A stretch of 32,000 nt of DNA from Candidatus Saccharimonadota bacterium (GTDB taxonomy: Archaea > Micrarchaeota > Micrarchaeia > Micrarchaeales > Micrarchaeaceae), in NCBI RefSeq assembly GCF_002214165.1, contig NZ_CP019964.1, positions 450,001 to 482,000 of the forward strand, given 5' to 3'. Within the stretch, counting starts at the first letter, position 1, and each line of letters begins with the position of its first letter. The position numbers and the translations under genes were made by a program. The notes under the pieces were generated by a model that was given only the letters and a program-made list of their open reading frames with translations, was not told where the DNA came from and ran no database searches. Below are positions 24,683 to 32,000 of this stretch, piece after piece.

Positions 24683-25210
24683 ATGATAAAATACCTACTT
24701 TCAAAGAACGCGGATATAATGTTCATAGGCATAAATCCGCATTTCGGGTCTTACAGGAGAGGAATACCCTTCTCGAATAACAAAACACTTTGGTACCTCT
24801 TCAGCAGGGCCGGTCTTATAAAAGAGGATGAAGATTTTTTGAGGGTTGATGAAAATTTGAAGAAGGTATATGAAAAAGAATTTGTGGATATATATAACCT
24901 GAATTTCACGAATCTTATAGAAAGGCCTTCGAGGGATGTTTCAGACCTCAAGAAAGGAGAGGAGGTTAAAGGAAAGGAATATTTGATGGAATCGATAATA
25001 AAATACCGTCCAAAAGTGGCGTGCTTTATAGGCAAGGTAACATATGAGAAATTTTCCGGTGAAAAGCTGGAAAGCTTTGGATGGAACGGGAGCATAGGAA
25101 AATCAAAAGTTTATGTGATGCATTTCCCTATAAGGGGTCCCGCTGCCATAAGGGTGGATGAGTTGAAAGAGATTATGCAGAGCATAGGCCGGAATCCCAT
25201 TGGCAATTGA
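24683..25210 (+). CDS. mug: Mug/TDG-type (UDG family 2) G:U/T mismatch DNA glycosylase
   Basis: It aligns with E. coli Mug along its length. 'MFIGINPHFGSYRRGIPFSNNKTLWYLFSRAG' matches '[33 protein letters not shown]'. 'TNLIERPS' and 'YRPKVACFIGKVTYEK' also align. Confidence 0.78.
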   Translation: MIKYLLSKNADIMFIGINPHFGSYRRGIPFSNNKTLWYLFSRAGLIKEDEDFLRVDENLKKVYEKEFVDIYNLNFTNLIERPSRDVSDLKKGEEVKGKEYLMESIIKYRPKVACFIGKVTYEKFSGEKLESFGWNGSIGKSKVYVMHFPIRGPAAIRVDELKEIMQSIGRNPIGN

Positions 25211-25246
25211 AATTATAGTTATTGAATTGGTATGGTATAGTGCTGT

Positions 25247-26050
25247 TTAGAACTTTTCAAGCATCCTGCTCTTTATTAGCTTTTCAAGCTTCTCCGAGAA
25301 TGTCTCGTATAAGCCATTGAACTTTACCACCTTCAGAGCATTATCTGATAAGCTTACAGAGAATTCATCCCCCTTGCTCAATGTGGCTATGGTTTTTTCA
25401 TCTGATTTGAGTATGCCCTTGTATTTTGCCACCTTTGCATAGATTGTTGCACCAGAATTCACGATTATTGAGTTTTTGAAAGGGCCGCTCGCATTCAGGA
25501 ACGTAAGGCACATTGTGCCTTCGTCAAGTATTATAGGGCCGTTCGCTGACATGTTGTATGCGGTTGAACCTATCGTGCTTGTGATTAGCATCCCGTCCCC
25601 TGCCATCACATATGGATAAAGGCGCTCCCTCTTGCCTCTAAGTTTCATGTAGAGCTCGAAGTACACGTTACCGGAGTAATTTCTGAGAAGCGCCTCGTTG
25701 ATTGCGTAATAGGATTTGTTCTTATAGGTTACTTTTATCTTGTTTGATAATTCCACCACCTTGTAATCCCCTTTTTTGAGCATCTTGATGGCAGTTTCCA
25801 TGCTTGATAGATCAATATCCGAATAATAGGAAGCACTGCCCTTTTCCAACCCGTTTATTGGAAGTATAGGGCCGTTGAACATCCGGGAAGATTCTATAAA
25901 AGTGCCATCGCCCCCGATTGAAATGCATATGTCTGCTTTTTCGTCAGGCGACTCTACGGTTTCAAAATTGGCTTTGATTAAGCTTATCTCTTTATAGTCT
26001 CTTTTGGCATTTATGAAGACTTTCTTTACCCGCTTCATTGGATCAGACAT
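25247..26050 (-). CDS. nadK: NAD(+) kinase
   Basis: 'ISIGGDGTFI', 'NGPILPINGLEKGS' and 'TSTIGSTAYNMSANGPIL' are present. Confidence 0.9.
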   Translation of the reverse strand: MSDPMKRVKKVFINAKRDYKEISLIKANFETVESPDEKADICISIGGDGTFIESSRMFNGPILPINGLEKGSASYYSDIDLSSMETAIKMLKKGDYKVVELSNKIKVTYKNKSYYAINEALLRNYSGNVYFELYMKLRGKRERLYPYVMAGDGMLITSTIGSTAYNMSANGPIILDEGTMCLTFLNASGPFKNSIIVNSGATIYAKVAKYKGILKSDEKTIATLSKGDEFSVSLSDNALKVVKFNGLYETFSEKLEKLIKSRMLEKF

Positions 26051-26087
26051 ATTTATAGGGCAATAAATAAATTGGTGATATATGAAA

Positions 26088-27116
26088 TTATCTTTTGTAA
26101 CTTTTTAGCCTCTTTCCCGGGTGGTCCTTTACGCTTTCACTTAATCCGTCCTTGTTTAAGACCAAGCTTGGATGAATCCCAGTATTCCCATACGATCCAT
26201 CCGAATATGAATAGAGGAGCATCTTGGCCTTCTGCTTCTCCATTATTACCGCCCTTGTGGTCTCCACCGAAGCCGACATGTACATGCTTCCGTTCTTTAT
26301 CTTTTCATTGCTGGATATTGCTTGGAGCACCTCATACCCCGCAGGCCACTTGTACCATCCAAAGTCATTGCTGCATTCAAGATGCTGGCTCTCCTCCTTT
26401 ATGTTGCTCATTACGTCAAGCTTTATCTCAAATGCATTGGAGGAGTAGATAAAATATTTTCCATTATTCGCTTCGCGCAAGCCCTCCCTTATATCCTGGT
26501 CCTTCAAAGTGAAATTTATCTTTTCAGGCAGATTGTATATTGAATAAGATCCGTCTTCGGCTTTAAGCGCCTCGTTAGGGCGCACGTACAGTAGAGGGTT
26601 GACATAGTCTGGCTGCCTGTCAAGCTTGACCACCTGCACCAGATTAAGGAATAATTGGTTCTGGTTAATATCGCAAATAGTAACGTTCCTGATGTTGTTG
26701 TATCCATTATTGAGGAACATTAATTGTGATATCACCTGCGTGAACCCTCCAGGTATCCCAAGATAGGAGTTAATCCCGTAGGTCAACTCAATATCTCTTA
26801 CTGTATAAGGAGAGTATAGTTCATTTGAATGGTAATAGACATCGTGCGGGTATAGATATGGATCAAGCAGCTTGAAGTCTTTTATCTCAAGACTGGCAGA
26901 TTTCTTCCCTTCATAAGCTATCCTGATCGATGTCTTCTCTTTCCTCTTTGCGTACTTGTCAGCCAATGGCCAAAGCTTTTCCCTCAGGTCCCTGAATACA
27001 AGGCGCGTTGATCCTAACGACTCATCGGTATCTATCTTATTTATTCCTCTTTCGATAACCTCCGCCACATCCTTGTGGTTTGAGGATACTTCAAGGTTTT
27101 TGGATTTGGTTGCCAT
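26088..27116 (-). CDS. hypothetical protein (342 aa)
   Basis: Long ORF 37 nt upstream of nadK on the same strand; no motif recognised. Confidence 0.6.
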   Translation of the reverse strand: MATKSKNLEVSSNHKDVAEVIERGINKIDTDESLGSTRLVFRDLREKLWPLADKYAKRKEKTSIRIAYEGKKSASLEIKDFKLLDPYLYPHDVYYHSNELYSPYTVRDIELTYGINSYLGIPGGFTQVISQLMFLNNGYNNIRNVTICDINQNQLFLNLVQVVKLDRQPDYVNPLLYVRPNEALKAEDGSYSIYNLPEKINFTLKDQDIREGLREANNGKYFIYSSNAFEIKLDVMSNIKEESQHLECSNDFGWYKWPAGYEVLQAISSNEKIKNGSMYMSASVETTRAVIMEKQKAKMLLYSYSDGSYGNTGIHPSLVLNKDGLSESVKDHPGKRLKSYKR

Positions 27117-27173
27117 AGGATCATAGGGATTTTGTCCTACTAAATATATATCTTTTTCCCTAAACGAAGGATG

Positions 27174-27593
27174 TTACTCATCGGTTTTGTCATCTGATTT
27201 CATTATCCTCTTTAGGAGTTCCGAAGGGATCTCGACAGCCTTCCAGAGCTTGTGGTTTATTGACACCATGGTTAGATATCCTTCCGTGCAAAGCTCTCCG
27301 GTGTTTACGAGCTTTATCTTTAATTCGTATGTAAGGGCTTTTTTGGATTTTGAGAGCTTTGGATAAAGCTCTATATATATCTCGTCGTTAATGTGAAGGG
27401 ACTTGTGGTATTGCGCTTTTGATTCGACTACGACAAACCATATGCTGTCGTTTATCGTGTTCGTTTGGAGCTCCAGGACATCCCTCTTGTATCCCTCTAT
27501 CGCGTCCGTGAAAAATCTGTAATAGGAAGCATAATGCGCAATCCCTTGGTAATCAGTATCATAAACCATAACTTTATCCTTGAACATGTACAT
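27174..27593 (-). CDS. hotdog-fold acyl-CoA thioesterase (4HBT/YbgC-like)
   Basis: 'VMVYDTDYQGIAHYASYYRFF' is the family N-terminal signature with the catalytic Asp. The size is about 139 aa. Confidence 0.8.
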   Translation of the reverse strand: MYMFKDKVMVYDTDYQGIAHYASYYRFFTDAIEGYKRDVLELQTNTINDSIWFVVVESKAQYHKSLHINDEIYIELYPKLSKSKKALTYELKIKLVNTGELCTEGYLTMVSINHKLWKAVEIPSELLKRIMKSDDKTDE

Positions 27594-27643
27594 TTTACCA
27601 CAGCAGCCTCTTTGTTTTTAAGTAATTTATGTGTTTTGCAGTT

Positions 27644-27778
27644 TCACCATATTACTCCTTTGTCGGAGCAGTCCATTACCGCTCCGCAATTGGGGCACCT
27701 TAAGTGGCAGGCTTGCACATGAACCATCTTGTGCCCGCATATAAGGCAATGCTCCTCTTCGTCATGATCCTTTTCCAT
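27644..27778 (-). CDS. small zinc-ribbon protein (44 aa), below the ORF-track cutoff
   Basis: ATG 27778 to TGA 27646..27644 translates to MEKDHDEEEHCLICGHKMVHVQACHLRCPNCGAVMDCSDKGVIW, with two CxxC pairs. It lies 19 nt after the SAM synthetase stop, and GGAAGGG lies in that gap. Confidence 0.5.
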   Translation of the reverse strand: MEKDHDEEEHCLICGHKMVHVQACHLRCPNCGAVMDCSDKGVIW

Positions 27779-27797
27779 AGCCCTTCCTTCGCAAAGT

Positions 27798-28997
27798 TCA
27801 AAATACCTTGTGCTCCCCTGCTATTATCCCTTTTGTCAGGTACACTATATTGTCAAGCTCTTCCTGCGCCAATTCGTTTACCTTCTTGTTTATCTTGGCA
27901 AAATCCTCCTTCTTCTTGGTTGCAATGCTTACGTTTAAGTGCTTTGGGTCGTTAATCGGCCTTCCTATCTGAGACACTATTGAGATGTTGCATTCGGTAA
28001 CCTGCGGGAAATCCCTTACTATGTCATTTGCAAGCTCATTTGCCAGTATGTTGTATATCTTGCCTATGTGGTTGACTGGGTTCTTCCCTGCGGCTGCCTC
28101 AAGGCTCATCATCCTAAAAGGCGTTATCAGCCCGTTTACCCTGTTTCCCCTGCCTACTGATCCGTCATCTCCCGATTCACAGCTCAGCCCGGATTTGGTA
28201 AGATATACCACAGACCCTTTTGTGTCGTCTCCGTTGTTCACCACAACATTTATCTTTTTATCCGTGATCCTGCTTGCATTCTCTATTATATCCTTTGTTA
28301 CCTCTTCTTTGTAAGCAGTGTATTCGCTAAGGCTTGATATGAACTGTGATACAAAAGCTATTGCAACTGTCAGGGTAATCTCATTTCCGTCCCTGACTCC
28401 CATGACCTTTACATCTTCTCCTACCGCCGGCTTCTTTGCTTTGTATTCATCGGAATTAAGGAGGTGCTCGGTTTCAAGCACTAATCTTTCAACAGTGGTA
28501 AATGGTGCAAACCCTACACCGAAAGACGTGTCGTTTGCAAGAGGCATGTCTATACCCCTCTTGAATATGTTGTTGAGGTCTGATGACCCCTTTATAATCT
28601 TTGATACGTAATTGACCTCGTTGTCCACATCAAGGAATCTTGTATGCTTCCTTAGGTAATCCTTTGCCGTATCTATCGCTATCTGGTCCACAGGTATTGT
28701 GGTTCCATTGTACTCCTGTGTTGCCCTGCCTGTCATTATAATCTCTATCGGCCTTGTTATCTCTGCACTTCCGAAGGTTGCATTTGATGAACCCCCAATG
28801 ATAAGCCCTTTATCGACATTGTGGTGCAGGACTTCTCCAAATTCATCAAGGTAAGCATTTGACAAAGCCATGCTTATGCTGTCCATTATGCCGTCGATAA
28901 GGCTGTCTGGGTGCCCTATCCCCTTCCTCTCCACATATTCAACCGGCTGATTGTATAAAGGCATTGATTGACTTTCCGAAACTCTAATATTTCCCAT
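27798..28997 (-). CDS. mat: archaeal-type S-adenosylmethionine synthetase
   Basis: 'VERKGIGHPDSLIDGI', the length of 399 aa and the overall pattern are typical of the archaeal MAT family rather than bacterial MetK. Confidence 0.9.
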   Translation of the reverse strand: MGNIRVSESQSMPLYNQPVEYVERKGIGHPDSLIDGIMDSISMALSNAYLDEFGEVLHHNVDKGLIIGGSSNATFGSAEITRPIEIIMTGRATQEYNGTTIPVDQIAIDTAKDYLRKHTRFLDVDNEVNYVSKIIKGSSDLNNIFKRGIDMPLANDTSFGVGFAPFTTVERLVLETEHLLNSDEYKAKKPAVGEDVKVMGVRDGNEITLTVAIAFVSQFISSLSEYTAYKEEVTKDIIENASRITDKKINVVVNNGDDTKGSVVYLTKSGLSCESGDDGSVGRGNRVNGLITPFRMMSLEAAAGKNPVNHIGKIYNILANELANDIVRDFPQVTECNISIVSQIGRPINDPKHLNVSIATKKKEDFAKINKKVNELAQEELDNIVYLTKGIIAGEHKVF

Positions 28998-29124
28998 GAT
29001 ATCACCACACTTGTTAAAGCTATAAAGAGGGAAACATTAAAAAATAAGTTATATCAAAAGTTTATTGCAATAAAAATTAGGCAAATGCCTTATGGCAAGC
29101 TTGCAGGGAGCAAAGGCAAGCGTA

Positions 29125-29709
29125 TTAAGCTTCTCTATCAAAGTTTCCATCTGCATTCAGCTGAAGAACTTCATTGAATACCTTCTGGTAATCCTTGTTT
29201 ATATCCAATTTTATCATATTGTCCGCCTTGGCATTCTTGTTTATGTGTATCAGGAATGCCGTGCTCTCTACCCCTCTTACCTTCAGCCTCTTATGCCCTA
29301 GCAGCACAAGTTCTGTTTCGGCCGGGTATCTATTGAAGTACTCCATGAGCTGATCGGATATTTCCTTCGCTTTCTTCCTGTCTCTTTTATCTATTTCTGA
29401 ATAAGATTTCAGCAGTATGTTTATTCCCTTTATTATCGTGTTTGCCTTTGCTGTATATATATCTGTAGGGTTGTCGCTTTCCACGAAAAGCATGTTTGGA
29501 TCGAAATCGCTATTGTAATCTATATAATACATTTGGAATCTTTCATCTAATTTTACGAGCCTTGGATCGTCTATTGCCCTGTCGAATTTGCTGCATTCCG
29601 CAAGCAGCTGCCTTGAACGTTCCATTTCCATATCAAATGTAGAGGTATCCATCTTAGCCGCATCCTTATTTTTATCTATTTCTTTTCTTTTTGTAGACAA
29701 AATGACCAC
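29125..29709 (-). CDS. hypothetical protein (194 aa)
   Basis: ORF-track frame starting at GTG 29709, 7 nt after the upstream stop; an alternative ATG is at 29652. Helical and charged; no motif. Confidence 0.5.
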   Translation of the reverse strand: MVILSTKRKEIDKNKDAAKMDTSTFDMEMERSRQLLAECSKFDRAIDDPRLVKLDERFQMYYIDYNSDFDPNMLFVESDNPTDIYTAKANTIIKGINILLKSYSEIDKRDRKKAKEISDQLMEYFNRYPAETELVLLGHKRLKVRGVESTAFLIHINKNAKADNMIKLDINKDYQKVFNEVLQLNADGNFDREA

Positions 29710-29716
29710 TTCTTAT

Positions 29717-30148
29717 TCAAAGTTTTATCTGTGCTTCGGCACTGTCTATGTAAAGGCTGAAAGGATAGAAGAAATCGTTGGATTTATATCTTGGGTAGAT
29801 TCTTGCGTTTATGCTTATAGTGCAGGAATGGCTTGTCTTAATCCTCCTTTCAATTTCATTGAGATTGTTTGATTGCCAATTGAAGTTGTTTATGAATATT
29901 GTTATAGGCCTTCCGCTCTCCTTGTAGTTTAGGTTGGTCACCAATCCAATGGAATTCTTCCCCTTTACCTCAATCAGCGCCTTTATCTCAACATCTTCAA
30001 GCCTTAGCATGCTGGTTGAATTTGAAATCCTGTATATGTCCTTCAACAATTTAGAATCATGGTCATTGAAAGAGGTTATATCCAATGTATTCCTATAACT
30101 ATTACGCGTTTTTGACACCATCAAATCACGAATATATTTCCTTACCAA
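29717..30148 (-). CDS. hypothetical protein (134-143 aa)
   Basis: ORF-track frame starting at TTG 30148. ATG 30121 is more likely, because the minus-strand TATA-like 'aattatatatattt' lies at 30148-30161. No motif. Confidence 0.5.
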   Translation of the reverse strand: MVRKYIRDLMVSKTRNSYRNTLDITSFNDHDSKLLKDIYRISNSTSMLRLEDVEIKALIEVKGKNSIGLVTNLNYKESGRPITIFINNFNWQSNNLNEIERRIKTSHSCTISINARIYPRYKSNDFFYPFSLYIDSAEAQIKL

Positions 30149-30235
30149 ATATATATAATTTACCTAACCCGCTTGGGATTTCCTAAAAAATAAAAACATA
30201 TTTAAAATTTACATACAACTTAATATGATGCTACT

Positions 30236-31153
30236 ATGTATGCAAACAAAGAGGTTCCGGATAAAGCTGCACTGGGGGTTGACAGCTATTTGGCGTTGCT
30301 CAAATTGGATGCGGTAGGCAGTATAAAGGATTCAGAATTTGATTCAAAGGATAGGTCAAGCACCATTAGAAAGATGACTTCTATAATTAACTATCTCTCT
30401 AATCCTGGCAGCTTAATGATGGCTAATTCAAATTCAAAATTAAGAAACAGCGAAATTTCACAGGCTTTGGAGAAGGGGCAAGCTGAATGCGAATTGACTT
30501 ACCTGCTAAGGACTTCTAAAAGATGTGATCCAGATAGGGTATATTTTGACAATAGCCTCGAGTCTTATTTATATGATAATGCAGAGCTTCTTGACAGGAT
30601 AATTTACAAGCTGATAAATGGCAGGAAGCTTACGGAGAAGGAGGAGATGTATTCGAAAGCTGACAACAATGCGTTGTCGGATATGGGTGTGTTCAGGCTT
30701 GGAGACTCGTCATACCTTATGATCATGGACAATTACAGGGATTCCTTCCATCTGATTGAACTGTCAAGCGATGAAAGCATTCCGATAAATAGAATAATGG
30801 ACAAAAAAGGCAATGTCATAGATATAACGCCTAAAAATTTGATAAACGTAGATATATCACCAGGATTGATATCGGTGAAATCCTATGACCTTGTAAGCTC
30901 AAGCTTGGATAGAAAGCAGATCTTGGGGAAGTTTGACATTATAAAAAGCAAGTTCTTGCCTGGATGGAACGCTGCAAGCAACTACAGGTTGAACGTCAAT
31001 CATTACAATTCCAAATTGGGTGATAGCCAAATAATAAACCTGTCCTGCAATATATTTTATGACAACCTCACCAAAGACAGGTGGATAGCAGCGAAACTTA
31101 TAAAGTTTATAATGTTTCATGATAATATAGTATCTGGTGCTGAATACCAATGA
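30236..31153 (+). CDS. hypothetical protein (305 aa)
   Basis: ATG 30236 lies about 26 nt after 'catatttaaaattt'. The gene is divergent from the 29717..30148 gene. No motif. Confidence 0.55.
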   Translation: MYANKEVPDKAALGVDSYLALLKLDAVGSIKDSEFDSKDRSSTIRKMTSIINYLSNPGSLMMANSNSKLRNSEISQALEKGQAECELTYLLRTSKRCDPDRVYFDNSLESYLYDNAELLDRIIYKLINGRKLTEKEEMYSKADNNALSDMGVFRLGDSSYLMIMDNYRDSFHLIELSSDESIPINRIMDKKGNVIDITPKNLINVDISPGLISVKSYDLVSSSLDRKQILGKFDIIKSKFLPGWNAASNYRLNVNHYNSKLGDSQIINLSCNIFYDNLTKDRWIAAKLIKFIMFHDNIVSGAEYQ

Positions 31154-31213
31154 GAGTTATTTGAGGAATTGCAAATGATACTGGTTTGAAATTATTTATC
31201 GGAGTGATGGCAG

Positions 31214-31474
31214 ATGCTTATAGAGATGATTGTACTTTATGGGATTATTGTATTCGCAATCATATTTGGGCTTTATCTGCTGTTCAAGCTTGGCGGAATC
31301 ATATTGGGGCTTATCGCCAATACTATAATGGGATTGGCGTCAATATTCATAGTCAACTTCTTTTTCGGATTGGGGATAGCGATAAACCTGCTGACAATAG
31401 TTCTGGTCGCGATATTCGGGCTTCCCGCTGCTGCAATAATAATAATCTTGAAGATTATTGGCATATCTATATAA
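31214..31474 (+). CDS. BofA-family small membrane protein (pro-sigmaK processing inhibitor family)
   Basis: 'IFIVNFFFGLGIAINLLTIVLVAIFGLPAAAIIIILK' parallels B. subtilis BofA 'LLVCVNMFGGSLGIHVPINLVTTAISGILGIPGIAALVVIK'. GGAG lies 10 nt upstream. Confidence 0.5.
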   Translation: MLIEMIVLYGIIVFAIIFGLYLLFKLGGIILGLIANTIMGLASIFIVNFFFGLGIAINLLTIVLVAIFGLPAAAIIIILKIIGISI

Positions 31475-31507
31475 AATTTAAATATCTTGGTTGCAGATAC
31501 TATTTTT

Positions 31508-32000
31508 ATGGAAACTGGATGCTGCATCATATCTGGATACCACATAGAGAGGATACTCAAGAATGATGATGGAGAATTTGATTTAAGCCTGGACTTGGGG
31601 CTGACCCGTTCAAAAGTAATAAAATCTAACAATGCGGTAGAGCTTCCAGATGGGCAGAGAATTGGGATTGAACTGCTTAAAAAGATCAATAGGAGAAGGC
31701 AGCTTTCCGATTGCTTCATGATAAAGGACAGCTCTCTGCTCTTCATATACCTGTTTGATGGCAATTCGTCATACAAGCTATATGAGCCGGGAATTGACCT
31801 GTCCCCAACATTGTGGATAAACGGCAGTGTGATGCACATGATCTCGCATTCAATCCCAATCGAAGAATCAAGGATGAAGGTGAATCTGCTCGGCAAACTG
31901 CATGGCAATGTGCTTGACACCTGCTTCGGCCTTGGATACTCCTCTATTGAACTTTCAAAGAAGGGAGCGGATACAGTACACAGCTATGAGATATCAGAAA
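31508..32000 (+). CDS. class I SAM-dependent methyltransferase, C-terminal part cut by the window edge
   Basis: The frame is open from ATG 31508 to the window end. Motif I-like 'NVLDTCFGLGYSSIELSKKGA' is present, and the preceding 'PTLWINGSVMH' is reminiscent of a family of predicted archaeal methyltransferases. Confidence 0.6.
   Translation, partial: METGCCIISGYHIERILKNDDGEFDLSLDLGLTRSKVIKSNNAVELPDGQRIGIELLKKINRRRQLSDCFMIKDSSLLFIYLFDGNSSYKLYEPGIDLSPTLWINGSVMHMISHSIPIEESRMKVNLLGKLHGNVLDTCFGLGYSSIELSKKGADTVHSYEISE

Noticed and set aside
26072-26452. A 126-aa plus-strand ORF rich in Pro/Ser/Cys opposite the 342-aa gene.
   Set aside because: Its composition is atypical for this AT-rich proteome. 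It is entirely antisense to a longer ORF and has no start context.
31186-31566. A 126-aa plus-strand ORF overlapping the BofA-like gene in another frame.
   Set aside because: The alternative frame gives a coherent three-helix membrane protein with a family-like pattern and a GGAG element upstream. This frame has no such support.
31273-31920. A 215-aa minus-strand ORF overlapping the BofA-like gene and the methyltransferase gene.
   Set aside because: The translation is low-complexity (S/I/P/L-rich). The plus-strand frames carry recognisable BofA-like and SAM-binding motifs, so this is an antisense shadow ORF.
1-32000. A search by eye for CRISPR arrays, rRNA genes, IS elements or transposases, integrases and long tandem repeats.
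   Set aside because: None was found. No regularly spaced direct repeats are present, there is no rRNA-like conserved block, and no DDE or tyrosine/serine recombinase motifs appear in any substantial ORF.

Overview
This is an AT-rich, gene-dense window that reads as an archaeal chromosome. Supporting markers are an archaeal-type SAM synthetase, a histone-fold protein, an AglH/MraY-type GT4 transferase, an AsnRS-like asparagine synthetase, a tRNA without encoded CCA, and TATA boxes about 25-30 nt upstream of many start codons. I support about 45 CDS, one tRNA-Arg(GCG), several hairpin or oligo-T terminators and three operator-like palindromes. I saw no rRNA, CRISPR array, transposase or integrase. 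Most genes are housekeeping: Fe-S assembly, DNA repair (Endo IV, Mug), nucleotide-pool sanitation (Nudix, Ham1), NAD kinase, FKBP and lipoate ligase-like. Six places deserve a second look. (1) An accessory pocket lies just 3' of the tRNA. It carries an AbiEii/AbiEi-like toxin-antitoxin pair in inverted gene order. It also carries an unannotated, locally GC-enriched, multi-hairpin candidate ncRNA on the minus strand with its own TATA box and oligo-U end. (2) A bacterial-type circularly permuted GTPase, RsgA, is followed on the same strand by two large orphan genes. One orphan has a degenerate pol-beta nucleotidyltransferase-like signature. (3) A histone-fold protein has a strongly basic C-terminal tail. 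(4) An asnC/asnA-like divergent pair has two perfect palindromes in the control region. (5) A divergent three-gene orphan cluster lies at 29.1-31.2 kb. (6) Two small ORFs fall below the 60-aa ORF-track threshold, one of them a zinc ribbon coupled to the SAM synthetase gene. All functional calls come from motif reading by eye; no database search was run.
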